This document shows, in pieces, positions 9,754 to 18,267 of a stretch of DNA of 64,000 nt (position 1 is its first letter; every line of letters begins with the position of its first letter). A model generated the notes under the pieces. The model had not been told where the DNA came from. It saw only the letters and a program-made list of their open reading frames with translations, and ran no database searches. Origin of the DNA: Planctomycetota bacterium (lineage in GTDB: Bacteria > Planctomycetota > SZUA-567 > H5-PLA8); contig BTVV01000018.1 in NCBI GenBank assembly GCA_045863855.1, positions 1,745-65,744 on the forward strand, read 5' to 3'. A program made the translations under genes and the position numbers.

Positions 9754-10737
9754 TTGGCGAGCCGCGTACAGGACACCGCAGTCATGGCTTACCAACCCCC
9801 GCCGCCGGGTGCGACCGAACTCGGCCAGCCCACGCCCAAGGACGTTCCCAAGCAATCCGTCGAGATCAAGGAACTGCCGCCCGAAGTCCGGCGCAACTTC
9901 CTGATGGCGATGGTCTTCTTCCCCTCGCTGGTCGGCGCGGGCATCTGCGCCGTGCTCTTTCTGGGCTGGTACCTCCTGCGCGACAACAAGACGCCGGGGC
10001 AGTATGTGGACCAGTTGCGCGCCGGGGTCAGCGACGGGACGCGCCGCTCGCGCTGGCAGATCGCGCGCGAACTGGGCGAACACATCAACGATCCGAAGCT
10101 GCACACGCCCGAAGTGCTGACCGCGCTGCTGGAAATCGTCGAGAACCCGGCGCTGGACGAAGAAGTCGAAACGTGGTCGCCGAGCACGATGATCCGCAAG
10201 CCGGACGAGCGGCGCACGCGGCTGCGCTGGTTCGCGGCCTACTACGCCGGGCATCTGTCGGGGCGCCTCCAGGATCCGCGCGGCACCGCGGCGCTCATCG
10301 CGGCCCTGGACGAACAGAACTCCGCCGATCCGGCCAGCGCCGCCGGAATGCGCTATTTCGCCGCCGCGGGGCTGGGGCTGATCAAAGATCCGACCGCCTT
10401 CGCACCGCTGCTCAAGCATCTCGCAATCGATCCCGATCCCGGCGTGCGCGCCATTGCCGCCAAATCCATCGGCGCCATTGCCGAACACCGCTATTACCGC
10501 GAGGGCACGCTCGCCCAGGCCGACGACCAGCTCGAAGCCGTCCGCGCCGGACTGCGCACCGCCTTCCAAAAGGACGGCGATCTGGACGTGAGCTACAATA
10601 CCGCCATCGCGCTGGCGCGTATCCGCGACGAGACTGGGCGCACGGCGCTGGAAGAATTGGCGAAGAGCGAAGATCCGCTGCATCAGCGCATGGCCAAGCA
10701 GGCGCTGGAACTCCTGCCCAGCGGCGCTTCCAAGTAG
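9754..10737 (+). CDS. membrane-anchored HEAT/PBS-lyase-repeat protein
   Basis: N-terminal TM (FLMAMVFFPSLVGAGICAVLFLGWYLL). Repeated helical units with DP.xR...A..LG motifs (DPDPGVRAIAAKSIGAI; ALARIRDETGRTALEELAKSEDP). The start may instead be Met at 9784. Confidence 0.5.
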   Translation: MASRVQDTAVMAYQPPPPGATELGQPTPKDVPKQSVEIKELPPEVRRNFLMAMVFFPSLVGAGICAVLFLGWYLLRDNKTPGQYVDQLRAGVSDGTRRSRWQIARELGEHINDPKLHTPEVLTALLEIVENPALDEEVETWSPSTMIRKPDERRTRLRWFAAYYAGHLSGRLQDPRGTAALIAALDEQNSADPASAAGMRYFAAAGLGLIKDPTAFAPLLKHLAIDPDPGVRAIAAKSIGAIAEHRYYREGTLAQADDQLEAVRAGLRTAFQKDGDLDVSYNTAIALARIRDETGRTALEELAKSEDPLHQRMAKQALELLPSGASK

Positions 10738-10824
10738 CATCCCCAGACAGGCAAGCCGGTACGGATCGCGCCCGATGCACGCGGGCCGCGTCGCCGTTTC
10801 AATTGGGGTGGGTCGCTTCCGAAC

Positions 10825-11250
10825 TCAAGCGGCGGGAAACCAGACGTTCAGCATCAGGTACACAACGGGCCCCGTCACGGCCACGTAGAACCAGATCGGC
10901 CAGGTCCACTTGGCGAGCTTGCGGTGGCGCGTCCAATTTTCCTTCCACGCAGACCAAAGCGTCATACCGATCAGCGGAAGGTTGATCGCGGCCAAGATCA
11001 CGTGGGTGATCAGGATCGTGAAGTAGAGGGTGCGCGGCCAGCCCGTGGCCGTGAAAGGCGTTGAACCGTGCTTAAGGTGATAGATCACGTAGCTCGTCAG
11101 AAAGATCGCCGATAACCCCGTCGCGCCAAGCATGATCGCTTTATGCAGGCCCAGCCGGCCGGCCTTGGCCGCCAGCAACCCTCCGATCAGCAGTAGGCTG
11201 ACGACCGCATTGATGCTCGCGTTAAAGGCCGGCAGGTCTTCGATGCTCAT
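10825..11250 (-). CDS. DUF420 family membrane protein (commonly in cytochrome oxidase/SCO loci)
   Basis: Four-TM 141-aa protein (INAVVSLLLIGGLLAAKAGRLGLHKAIMLG...YHLKHG...WPIWFYVAVTGPVVYLMLNVWFP) typical of DUF420. Last gene of the ctaA operon. Confidence 0.65.
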   Translation of the reverse strand: MSIEDLPAFNASINAVVSLLLIGGLLAAKAGRLGLHKAIMLGATGLSAIFLTSYVIYHLKHGSTPFTATGWPRTLYFTILITHVILAAINLPLIGMTLWSAWKENWTRHRKLAKWTWPIWFYVAVTGPVVYLMLNVWFPAA

Positions 11251-11263
11251 CGCCGCGCCGCGC

Positions 11264-11932
11264 TCAGGGTTGCTCGTGAACGAGCAGGCTCACGGCGCGG
11301 ACGATCTCTTCGATCGCACCGTCATCGCCGGTACTGATCAGGGCGCGCACGCGTCCCAGGCGGTCCACCACGGCCACCCGGTCGCTGTGCACGATCTCGT
11401 TATCGGGGGTATGGTCGGCCGCCAACTTGAAACTCATGCGCGAGAGGTCGTAGACCGATGCGCCGGTCTTGCCGCCGCCGAGAAACCACCAGCGTTCGGG
11501 ATCCGCGTTGTACTGCTCGGCGAAGCGCGTAAGCACTTCGGGCGTGTCGTACTCGGGGTCCATGGTAAACGTGACCAGTTGAAGTGCGCGCTGGGTCTGC
11601 AGGCGCTCCTGAAGTTGCGCCATGCGCTGGGCGATCAGCGGGCACGGGCCCTTGCAGCGCGTGAAGACGAAGCTGGCCAGCCAGATCTTGCCTTTCAAGT
11701 CTTTCAAGCCGACGGACCTTCCGCTGCGCTCGGTCATCTGGAAATCCATGACCTCGGACAGTATCGGAAGCGGCTGAGGCCGTTCGGGCGCGACGGCCTT
11801 CGCGTCGCCGGGCGGCGATTTGCGCGCTTGGGTAAGCGCGACGACCACCAGTAGCGCCACGGGGAGGCCGGCAAGAAAGATCAGGAAAAATTTATTGAGC
11901 GCCGGCTGGGACGCCGATTCGGCGGTACTCAT
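11264..11932 (-). CDS. SCO1/SenC family copper chaperone (thioredoxin-like)
   Basis: N-terminal TM then the FVFTRCKGPCP metal-binding CxxxC motif. Size typical of SCO. ATGA overlap with the upstream permease gene. Confidence 0.75.
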   Translation of the reverse strand: MSTAESASQPALNKFFLIFLAGLPVALLVVVALTQARKSPPGDAKAVAPERPQPLPILSEVMDFQMTERSGRSVGLKDLKGKIWLASFVFTRCKGPCPLIAQRMAQLQERLQTQRALQLVTFTMDPEYDTPEVLTRFAEQYNADPERWWFLGGGKTGASVYDLSRMSFKLAADHTPDNEIVHSDRVAVVDRLGRVRALISTGDDGAIEEIVRAVSLLVHEQP

Positions 11933-12744
11933 GCCAGATCTCCTGCCACGCGCCGGCCCGCGATCTTGTACGAAAGCGCGAACATGACCAGGGCGAACGC
12001 AACGGTGACCCCCAGCGCCAGCTCCGGCCCGGGCACGCCGGGGGCCGAAGACTTGGCCGGGTCGAGGTACAGCGCGTGGCGCGTCAGCGCCATGCCGTAG
12101 GTGAGCGGGTTAAGCTGGATCGTCCAGTACAGCCACGCCGGCGCGCCGGCCGCCGGAAAAAACGCACCCGAGAGGAGCCACATCGGCAGCATCAGCACGC
12201 TGATCACTGCATGGAACCCCTGCGTCGATTCCATGCGCCAAGCGAAGATGAATCCCAATCCCGTCAGCGCGAACGACAGGAGCAGCATGACGCCGAAGAG
12301 CGCCGCGACATTCGCCGGCGTGAACGCGATGTCCTGTGTCAGTCCCAGCAGCAGAAAAATCGCGCCTTGCAGCGTCGCCAGGAGCATTCCGCCCACCAGT
12401 TTGCCCATAACCATCGCCCCGCGCGAGACCGGTGCGACCAGCACGCCTTGCAGGAAACCCTCACGGCGGTCTTCGATCACGCTCACCGTCGCGAAGATGG
12501 CCGTGAAGAGCAGGATCATCACCACGATACCGGGGAAGAAGTATTCGGCGTAACCAACACCCGCGGCGCCCACGTCGGGCCGGAAGCTGGCGCTCAAGCC
12601 GGCGCCGAACAGGGCCCAGAAAATCACCGGCTGCAGGAACGCCCCGGTCACGCGGTTGCGCTGGCGAAAGAAACGGACCAGTTCGCGCCAGGCCAGCGTA
12701 TAGACGCTCAGCGCGAAATGTCCGGTGGCGGCGGCTTGGGCCAT
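11929..12744 (-). CDS. ABC-2 type transporter permease
   Basis: Six-TM, 271-aa hydrophobic protein typical of ABC-2 permeases. Located immediately downstream of the ABC ATPase. Confidence 0.6.
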   Translation of the reverse strand: MAQAAATGHFALSVYTLAWRELVRFFRQRNRVTGAFLQPVIFWALFGAGLSASFRPDVGAAGVGYAEYFFPGIVVMILLFTAIFATVSVIEDRREGFLQGVLVAPVSRGAMVMGKLVGGMLLATLQGAIFLLLGLTQDIAFTPANVAALFGVMLLLSFALTGLGFIFAWRMESTQGFHAVISVLMLPMWLLSGAFFPAAGAPAWLYWTIQLNPLTYGMALTRHALYLDPAKSSAPGVPGPELALGVTVAFALVMFALSYKIAGRRVAGDLA

Positions 12745-12745
12745 C

Positions 12746-13771
12746 TCAGCGCCCCTTCTGCTTGGACTTATCTTTGGAGGCCGCGTCCGTTTCGGCCTGC
12801 GCTTCCCAGAATCGATGCCCGGTCAGGCGGATGAAGACGTCTTCCAGCGTGGGCCGGCCCACGCGGACCGCTTCGATCTGTCCCGGGAATGCCTCGGCCA
12901 GTTCGGCCACGAAGCGCGGCCCGTCCGTACGTTCGATCCGCACCACCCCGTCCACAACTTGCGGCGAAACGCCGAAGCGTTCCTGCACCCGCGCCGCGAA
13001 CCCTTCGGGCTCACGCACGTTCACGCTCACCACTTCCCCGCCGATCCGTGCCTTTAGCGCATCGGGCGTATCCAGCGCCGCGAGCTTGCCTTGGCACAAG
13101 AGCGCGAGGCGGTCGCAATTCTCCGCCTCCTCCATCAAATGCGTGGTGAGCAGGCAGGTGACGCCTTCGCGGCTGAGCGACCGCAGGTACGTCATCAAGT
13201 CGCGCCGCGCACCGGGGTCCAGGCCCGTCGATGGTTCGTCGAGGATCAGCACGTCAGGCTCGTGCAGGAGCCCCTTGGCCAGTTCGACGCGGCGGCGCTG
13301 CCCGCCGCTGAGCGTCTCGGTGCGTTCGTTCGCGCGGTCGAGCAGCCCTACGCGGTCCAGAAGTTTGCGGCAGCGTTCCTTGAGATCCGCGCCGTGCAGC
13401 CCGTACAAGTGGCCGTGGTGGATCAAGTTTTCCTGTGCGGTCAGTTTCTTATCCAGGCTCGGGGCCTGGAAGACGACGCCGATGCGGTGGCGCACGGCAA
13501 AGGTCTCGCGCACCAGATCTTTTCCAAGAATCGAGAGCGTGCCGCTTTGAGGAGGAATCAGCGTCGAGAGCACCCGGAAGAGCGTCGTCTTGCCGCTTCC
13601 GTTGGGTCCCAACAGGCCAAAGATCTCGCCGCGCGGCACGGAGAAGCTCACGCCGTCCAGCGCCACGCGATCGCCGTAACGAAAGGTCACGCCGGAGACC
13701 TCGACGGCCGTGCCGGCGCCGCTGGCGGCGGCCGTGGCAGTTGCGGGATGCGTCGTCGCGCTAGAAGCCAT
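12746..13771 (-). CDS. ABC transporter ATP-binding protein
   Basis: Walker A GLLGPNGSGKTTL, signature LSGGQRRRVELAKGL, Walker B LILDEPSTGLD. Has a C-terminal extension. Confidence 0.85.
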   Translation of the reverse strand: MASSATTHPATATAAASGAGTAVEVSGVTFRYGDRVALDGVSFSVPRGEIFGLLGPNGSGKTTLFRVLSTLIPPQSGTLSILGKDLVRETFAVRHRIGVVFQAPSLDKKLTAQENLIHHGHLYGLHGADLKERCRKLLDRVGLLDRANERTETLSGGQRRRVELAKGLLHEPDVLILDEPSTGLDPGARRDLMTYLRSLSREGVTCLLTTHLMEEAENCDRLALLCQGKLAALDTPDALKARIGGEVVSVNVREPEGFAARVQERFGVSPQVVDGVVRIERTDGPRFVAELAEAFPGQIEAVRVGRPTLEDVFIRLTGHRFWEAQAETDAASKDKSKQKGR

Positions 13772-14672
13772 GCGGATACGGATCCCAGAACATCAGGCCC
13801 AGGAGCAGCGGCAAGTAGATGACGGAAGCGAGGAACAACCGCCGCGCCGCGCGGTCGCTGCGTCGCACCGCGAAGTTCACCGCCGCGGCGAAGAACAGAA
13901 TCGAGAGCAAGCCCGCTCCGGCGGCGTAGCCCAGGCCCGTCAGGCCAAAGGCGGACGGCATGCAGGCGACGGGAATCAGGCCGAAGCTGTACAGCGCCGC
14001 GCGCAGTCCGGTGCTTTTACCGTCGGGCTCGACCACCGGAAGCATCTTGAAGCCCCCGCGCGCGTAGTCGGCGCGGTAGAGCCACGCAATGGCGAAGAAG
14101 TGCGGCATCTGCCAGAGAAAGACGATGGCGAAGAGCGTCCCTGCGGCGCCGTCGAGCTTCCCCGCGGCGGCCCAGCCGATCAGAGGCGGTAGCGCGCCCG
14201 GAAACGCGCCCACCAGCGTGTTCAGCGGGGTGATCCGCTTCAGCGGCGTATACAGAAACAAGTACAGCACCCAAGTCAGCACGGCCAGTCCGGCGCAAAC
14301 GGTATTGGTCGTCAGGTAGAGGTAGGCGCTGCCGAAGATGGAGATGCTCAAGCCTAAACAAAGCGCGGTTCGAGGTCCCAAACGCCCCGCGGCCAGCGGG
14401 CGCTGCTCGGTACGCGTCATGCGCGCGTCGAAATCGCGTTCGCGGACTTGATTGAGGATGCTGCTGCCCGAAGCGACCAGCAGTATCCCGATCAATGCGT
14501 GCAGGAGCAGCCACGGTTCGACGGCGCCGGGCGCACCCAGGAAGAATCCGGCGGCCGCGGCCATCAGGACCAGCCCGTTCAGGCGCGGCTTGGTCAGCGC
14601 CGCCAAGTCGCGCAAGCGTAAGCGCCACGTAGGCGCGGGAGGAGCGTTCAGCACGATCACCTCGCCGCTCAT
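13761..14672 (-). CDS. ctaB: protoheme IX farnesyltransferase (heme O synthase)
   Basis: UbiA-family membrane protein with the NQVRERDFDARMTRTEQRPLAAGR motif characteristic of CtaB/CyoE. Overlaps ctaA upstream and the ABC gene downstream. Confidence 0.85.
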   Translation of the reverse strand: MSGEVIVLNAPPAPTWRLRLRDLAALTKPRLNGLVLMAAAAGFFLGAPGAVEPWLLLHALIGILLVASGSSILNQVRERDFDARMTRTEQRPLAAGRLGPRTALCLGLSISIFGSAYLYLTTNTVCAGLAVLTWVLYLFLYTPLKRITPLNTLVGAFPGALPPLIGWAAAGKLDGAAGTLFAIVFLWQMPHFFAIAWLYRADYARGGFKMLPVVEPDGKSTGLRAALYSFGLIPVACMPSAFGLTGLGYAAGAGLLSILFFAAAVNFAVRRSDRAARRLFLASVIYLPLLLGLMFWDPYPHGF

Positions 14673-15817
14673 CGCGAACCTCCCGCCAGCGCCGGGGCGG
14701 CCTCGGCGCCCGCGGATTCGGCGCCTGCGGCAGGCAAGAGCCTATGCGCGCGAAGGGTAAAACACACGGCACTCACCAGCGTCAATCCGCCCACCGCCAC
14801 GTGCGCAGTGGCGATCGCTTCTTTCAAGCTATTCGGCGCGTAACCAGCCGGCGTAATCAAACGGTAGATCATGATCCCCACGCCCAGGGCGACTTGAAGA
14901 CCGAGCAGCCCGCCCACGGCAAAGGCCGGGCGCGTCAGCGCCTTATTTTCCGGATACCTCTTGAGCGTCTGGACCAGGACGCGCGCAACCGTATGCGCCA
15001 CGAACAGGAAGCCCGCGAGATGCGAGCCCAGATGCCACCAGAATTGGGTCTGGTTCTCGCCCTGCGGATCGTAGGGCGTGTGCCGAACGGACGTGCCCAG
15101 CAGAATCTGGAGGTAAATTGCCCCAATCATCCAAGCGCCGAGACGGCGTAGCGGTTTGCGCACTTCGTTCGCGTGCCGTGAAGCCAATGGTTGCATTTCG
15201 AACCACTCTGGAGCGAGCAGCATCGTCAGCGCCGCAAGCAGGCCGAAAAACGCCTGCGCCAGCCCGCCGTGCGCCGAACTAATCAGAGGCGGGAGCTGGT
15301 ACAGCACAGTCAGACCGCCCAGCAGCGCCTGCACGACTACGGCCAGCAGCGCGCATACGGCCAGTTTCTTCACGCTTGGCCGCTTATCGGTTTCCCAGAC
15401 TACCGCGGCAAGAATGAACATCAAAAAGCCCACGGTGCCGGCGATCAGGCGGTGGCCGTGTTCCGCGCGCACGCTGGAAATGCGGTACCAGTCGGGCGCC
15501 GGACCGAACAGGTAGTAGGTTCCCGCCAGCAGGCAACCCGAAGCGATGGCGGCGATGGCAAAGAAGCGCGCGCGCGTCGCCAGCCACGTCATGCCCAACG
15601 CCGCGGTCAGCACCAAAAGCCCCAGCGCGATGCTCGACTTCGGCTGCCCGTAACTGAGCGGCCAGTCTGGAACCGAAAGTCCGGCTTCAATGCTTTTAAC
15701 CAGTCCGCCGAAGCAGATCAGCACAAACGTGAGTCCCAGCGTCACGCGCGCCAAGTAGCGCACCCCTGGGGGGGGAGGCGCGGGCGGCGCGAGAGATGAT
15801 ACTTCGGCTGCATCCAT
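14669..15817 (-). CDS. ctaA: heme A synthase (COX15/CtaA family)
   Basis: Eight-TM protein with PDWP motif (GLSVPDWPLSYGQ) and conserved His in TM helices. Adjacent to and overlapping ctaB. Confidence 0.7.
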   Translation of the reverse strand: MDAAEVSSLAPPAPPPPGVRYLARVTLGLTFVLICFGGLVKSIEAGLSVPDWPLSYGQPKSSIALGLLVLTAALGMTWLATRARFFAIAAIASGCLLAGTYYLFGPAPDWYRISSVRAEHGHRLIAGTVGFLMFILAAVVWETDKRPSVKKLAVCALLAVVVQALLGGLTVLYQLPPLISSAHGGLAQAFFGLLAALTMLLAPEWFEMQPLASRHANEVRKPLRRLGAWMIGAIYLQILLGTSVRHTPYDPQGENQTQFWWHLGSHLAGFLFVAHTVARVLVQTLKRYPENKALTRPAFAVGGLLGLQVALGVGIMIYRLITPAGYAPNSLKEAIATAHVAVGGLTLVSAVCFTLRAHRLLPAAGAESAGAEAAPALAGGSR

Positions 15818-15881
15818 GAAATCGAACGCCCCGCGTTAGGCGCGGGGCGATCCTTTTGGAGGTAATTAACCGGCCGTTCCG

Positions 15882-16757
15882 TTACTTCGCGGGGAAGACG
15901 ATCTCGACCGCTTTGCTCTCGCCGTCCGCGACTTCCACTTCGACGCTCTTCGTCTTGAGCTTTTCGTGCCACGCCGTCACGGTGTATTTTCCGGGCGGCA
16001 GCTTCGGCAACGCGAATTTGCCGTCTTTCTCGGTAACCGCGCTCAGGTTGTGCGGCAGGACTCGCGCATAACCGCTCATCCAAGGATGGACGTTGCAGAC
16101 CAGCTTCGCCACGCCCTGATCTTCCAGCTTCTTGATATCTGTCTTGCCGGGCGTCTGGCTGATGTTAAAGAGCGCCGAACCGTCCTGCGTGCAGTTGATG
16201 TTATGCAGCGTCGGATCGCTGTTCTTCAGTTCGACAGGCTGGCCGGTCTGAATCGCCACCACGTGCGGAAGGTACTTACAGCCCTTTTGGTCGATGACTG
16301 CCGCCGCGGACGGCGTAGGAAAGCTGTACTTCTCGACGCCCTTGCTGATGTAAATCACGCAGTTAGCCAGTTCGTTGTTCTCGCCCGTAATCACGGTCTC
16401 GAAAAGCATGTCCTCGCCTTTGCACTTCGGGTCGGCGCTCATGTCGATTTTGCGCATCTTTTCGCCCGGCCCGTCGAGCTTCACCACGCCGGTCACCGTG
16501 GCCGTGGCCTGAGCCGTTGGGTACGGCTCGTTGCCCGTCTGCACCAAACTGCTTTCGCCCGATCCTTCGGAACCGCTGCCTTCGTCGGTTTTAGCCGCAA
16601 CGCCACCGCCGGCCTTCTTGGTACGCGGCGGTTTCACCTCGCCGCCGCAGCCCGAAAGCGCGACTAGACTCAGCGCCAAAAACGCCGTGGCCAAGAAACC
16701 TAAGCACCAAGATGCCTTCACACTCGCCTCCCTTTCGAAGACTTTATCGAGACCCAA
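15882..16757 (-). CDS. secreted lipoprotein with cupredoxin-like (type-1 copper) ligand pattern
   Basis: Lipobox LVALSGCGG. H-N motif (TLHNINC) followed ~40 aa later by CNVHPWM (C-x2-H-x2-M), as in amicyanin/plastocyanin. Paralog of the gene at 22528-23379. Confidence 0.5.
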   Translation of the reverse strand: MGLDKVFEREASVKASWCLGFLATAFLALSLVALSGCGGEVKPPRTKKAGGGVAAKTDEGSGSEGSGESSLVQTGNEPYPTAQATATVTGVVKLDGPGEKMRKIDMSADPKCKGEDMLFETVITGENNELANCVIYISKGVEKYSFPTPSAAAVIDQKGCKYLPHVVAIQTGQPVELKNSDPTLHNINCTQDGSALFNISQTPGKTDIKKLEDQGVAKLVCNVHPWMSGYARVLPHNLSAVTEKDGKFALPKLPPGKYTVTAWHEKLKTKSVEVEVADGESKAVEIVFPAK

Positions 16758-17390
16758 AACTCACGTGTGCGCCAAGCTTGTCCACGATTGAATGGGCAAC
16801 GCCGACGCGTAACGCTAAGTGCTTCCGCAATTTGCCGATGGATGCAACCGAGGGCGTTCTACTGAACCCCCTGGGCAGTGTCAAACCGGATTCAACCGCC
16901 ACGCACCCACTCCTGTGAGAGCAACTGCCCGTCCAGTCATCGCGCCAGCCCATGAGCGGCCGTGTGTTTAGCTTCTTAGTGTATATGTAAAATAGAGTTA
17001 TACGAATCGCCATGCGGTTGATACGCCAGTCGAGGCCCCCCACACGCGGGCTGCTCCGTAACGCCAGGGAGCAATTTGTAGCACGGTGAGTTTCGGTCGG
17101 CGGCAAGCCGTGGAAATGCACTTCGTGCGCAGCTGTAATGCACGGCGGTTCGCGGTCGGGCCTAAAGTTTGCAGCATCTATAGGAGGATGCTGGGCTTGC
17201 GGCCATAGTGTGGCGATCGCGCGCAAGCGTGTACCCTCTGGGAACGCGCAAATGCGTCGTCTGCTGTTGACCGTTTCGGAGCGTTCGTTACAGTCGCTGC
17301 AAGTCCTGCACGTACATGATCCGAAGCGGCCTTGGCCTCCCAGCTACCTGGATGCCGGGCTTGATGTTGCATGAAGGGGATACGCCAACC

Positions 17391-18221
17391 ATGGCGGACA
17401 CACCAGAGCAACCAGCCGACTCCCAAGAACCCAGGCCCAGCGCCGAAGGCACGCCTGCGCCGGCTCCCGATGCCGCCGCTCAGGCACCGGAAGCGGCTGC
17501 GGGCGACGAAGAAAAGAAAGAGCCTGCGGCCGAAGCGCCCAAACCGGCGGCCGCGGCCAAACCGGCTCCGGCGAAGCCAGCACCCAAGCCCGCCGCCGCG
17601 AAGGCGCCGCTCGATCCGGCCGCCGCCGAAGCCGCCAAGAAAGCCGCGGCAGCGAAACTCGCCGCAGCCAAGGCGAAAGCGAAGGCCAAAGCCGAAGACC
17701 TGCCGCCGCCCGTCGAACTGACGACGCGCCGGTCGTTCATGACTTGGGGCATGGCGGCGTGGGTGATCTTCTTCGGCTGGCTGGGCGGCGTTGCGCATCT
17801 GTGCCTGCGCTTCATGTTCCCGCGCGTGCTGTACGAGAAAGATCCCAAATTCCGCGTGGGCAAGAAGACCGACTTCCCCGAGTTGGGCAAGGTTTACGAA
17901 CTCTATAAGGAATCCCAAGGCGTCTGGCTGGTGAGGTTGACGGAAGAGGGCGAGGACCATTTGGTGGTGCTCTCGACGGTCTGCACGCATCTGGGCTGCA
18001 CGCCGAATTGGCTGGAAGCCGAAGCGAAGTTCAAATGCCCGTGCCACGGTTCGGGCTTTTACCGCAGCGGGGTGAACTTCGAAGGCCCCGCGCCGCGCCC
18101 GCTGGAGCGCCATAAAATTTACGTGGATGCGGCCGGCGACGTCATCGTGGACAAGTCGGTGATGTTCCGCCAAGACCTGGGCCAGTGGGGACAGGCGGGT
18201 TCATTCGTAAAAATGGCCTGA
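17391..18221 (+). CDS. Rieske [2Fe-2S] iron-sulfur protein of a cytochrome bc-type complex, with Ala/Lys/Pro-rich N-terminal low-complexity extension
   Basis: Rieske boxes CTHLGCTPNW and CPCHGSGF. TM anchor WGMAAWVIFFGWLGGVAHL. Start placed at MADTPEQ (17391) rather than the ORF start 17316. N-terminal AAKPAPAKPAPKPAAAKA...AKAKAKAKA tract. Confidence 0.85.
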   Translation: MADTPEQPADSQEPRPSAEGTPAPAPDAAAQAPEAAAGDEEKKEPAAEAPKPAAAAKPAPAKPAPKPAAAKAPLDPAAAEAAKKAAAAKLAAAKAKAKAKAEDLPPPVELTTRRSFMTWGMAAWVIFFGWLGGVAHLCLRFMFPRVLYEKDPKFRVGKKTDFPELGKVYELYKESQGVWLVRLTEEGEDHLVVLSTVCTHLGCTPNWLEAEAKFKCPCHGSGFYRSGVNFEGPAPRPLERHKIYVDAAGDVIVDKSVMFRQDLGQWGQAGSFVKMA

Positions 18222-18267
18222 TGCCGCGGACGTACCTTTTCGAGCCGATTCGCGACCGAGGAAGACC

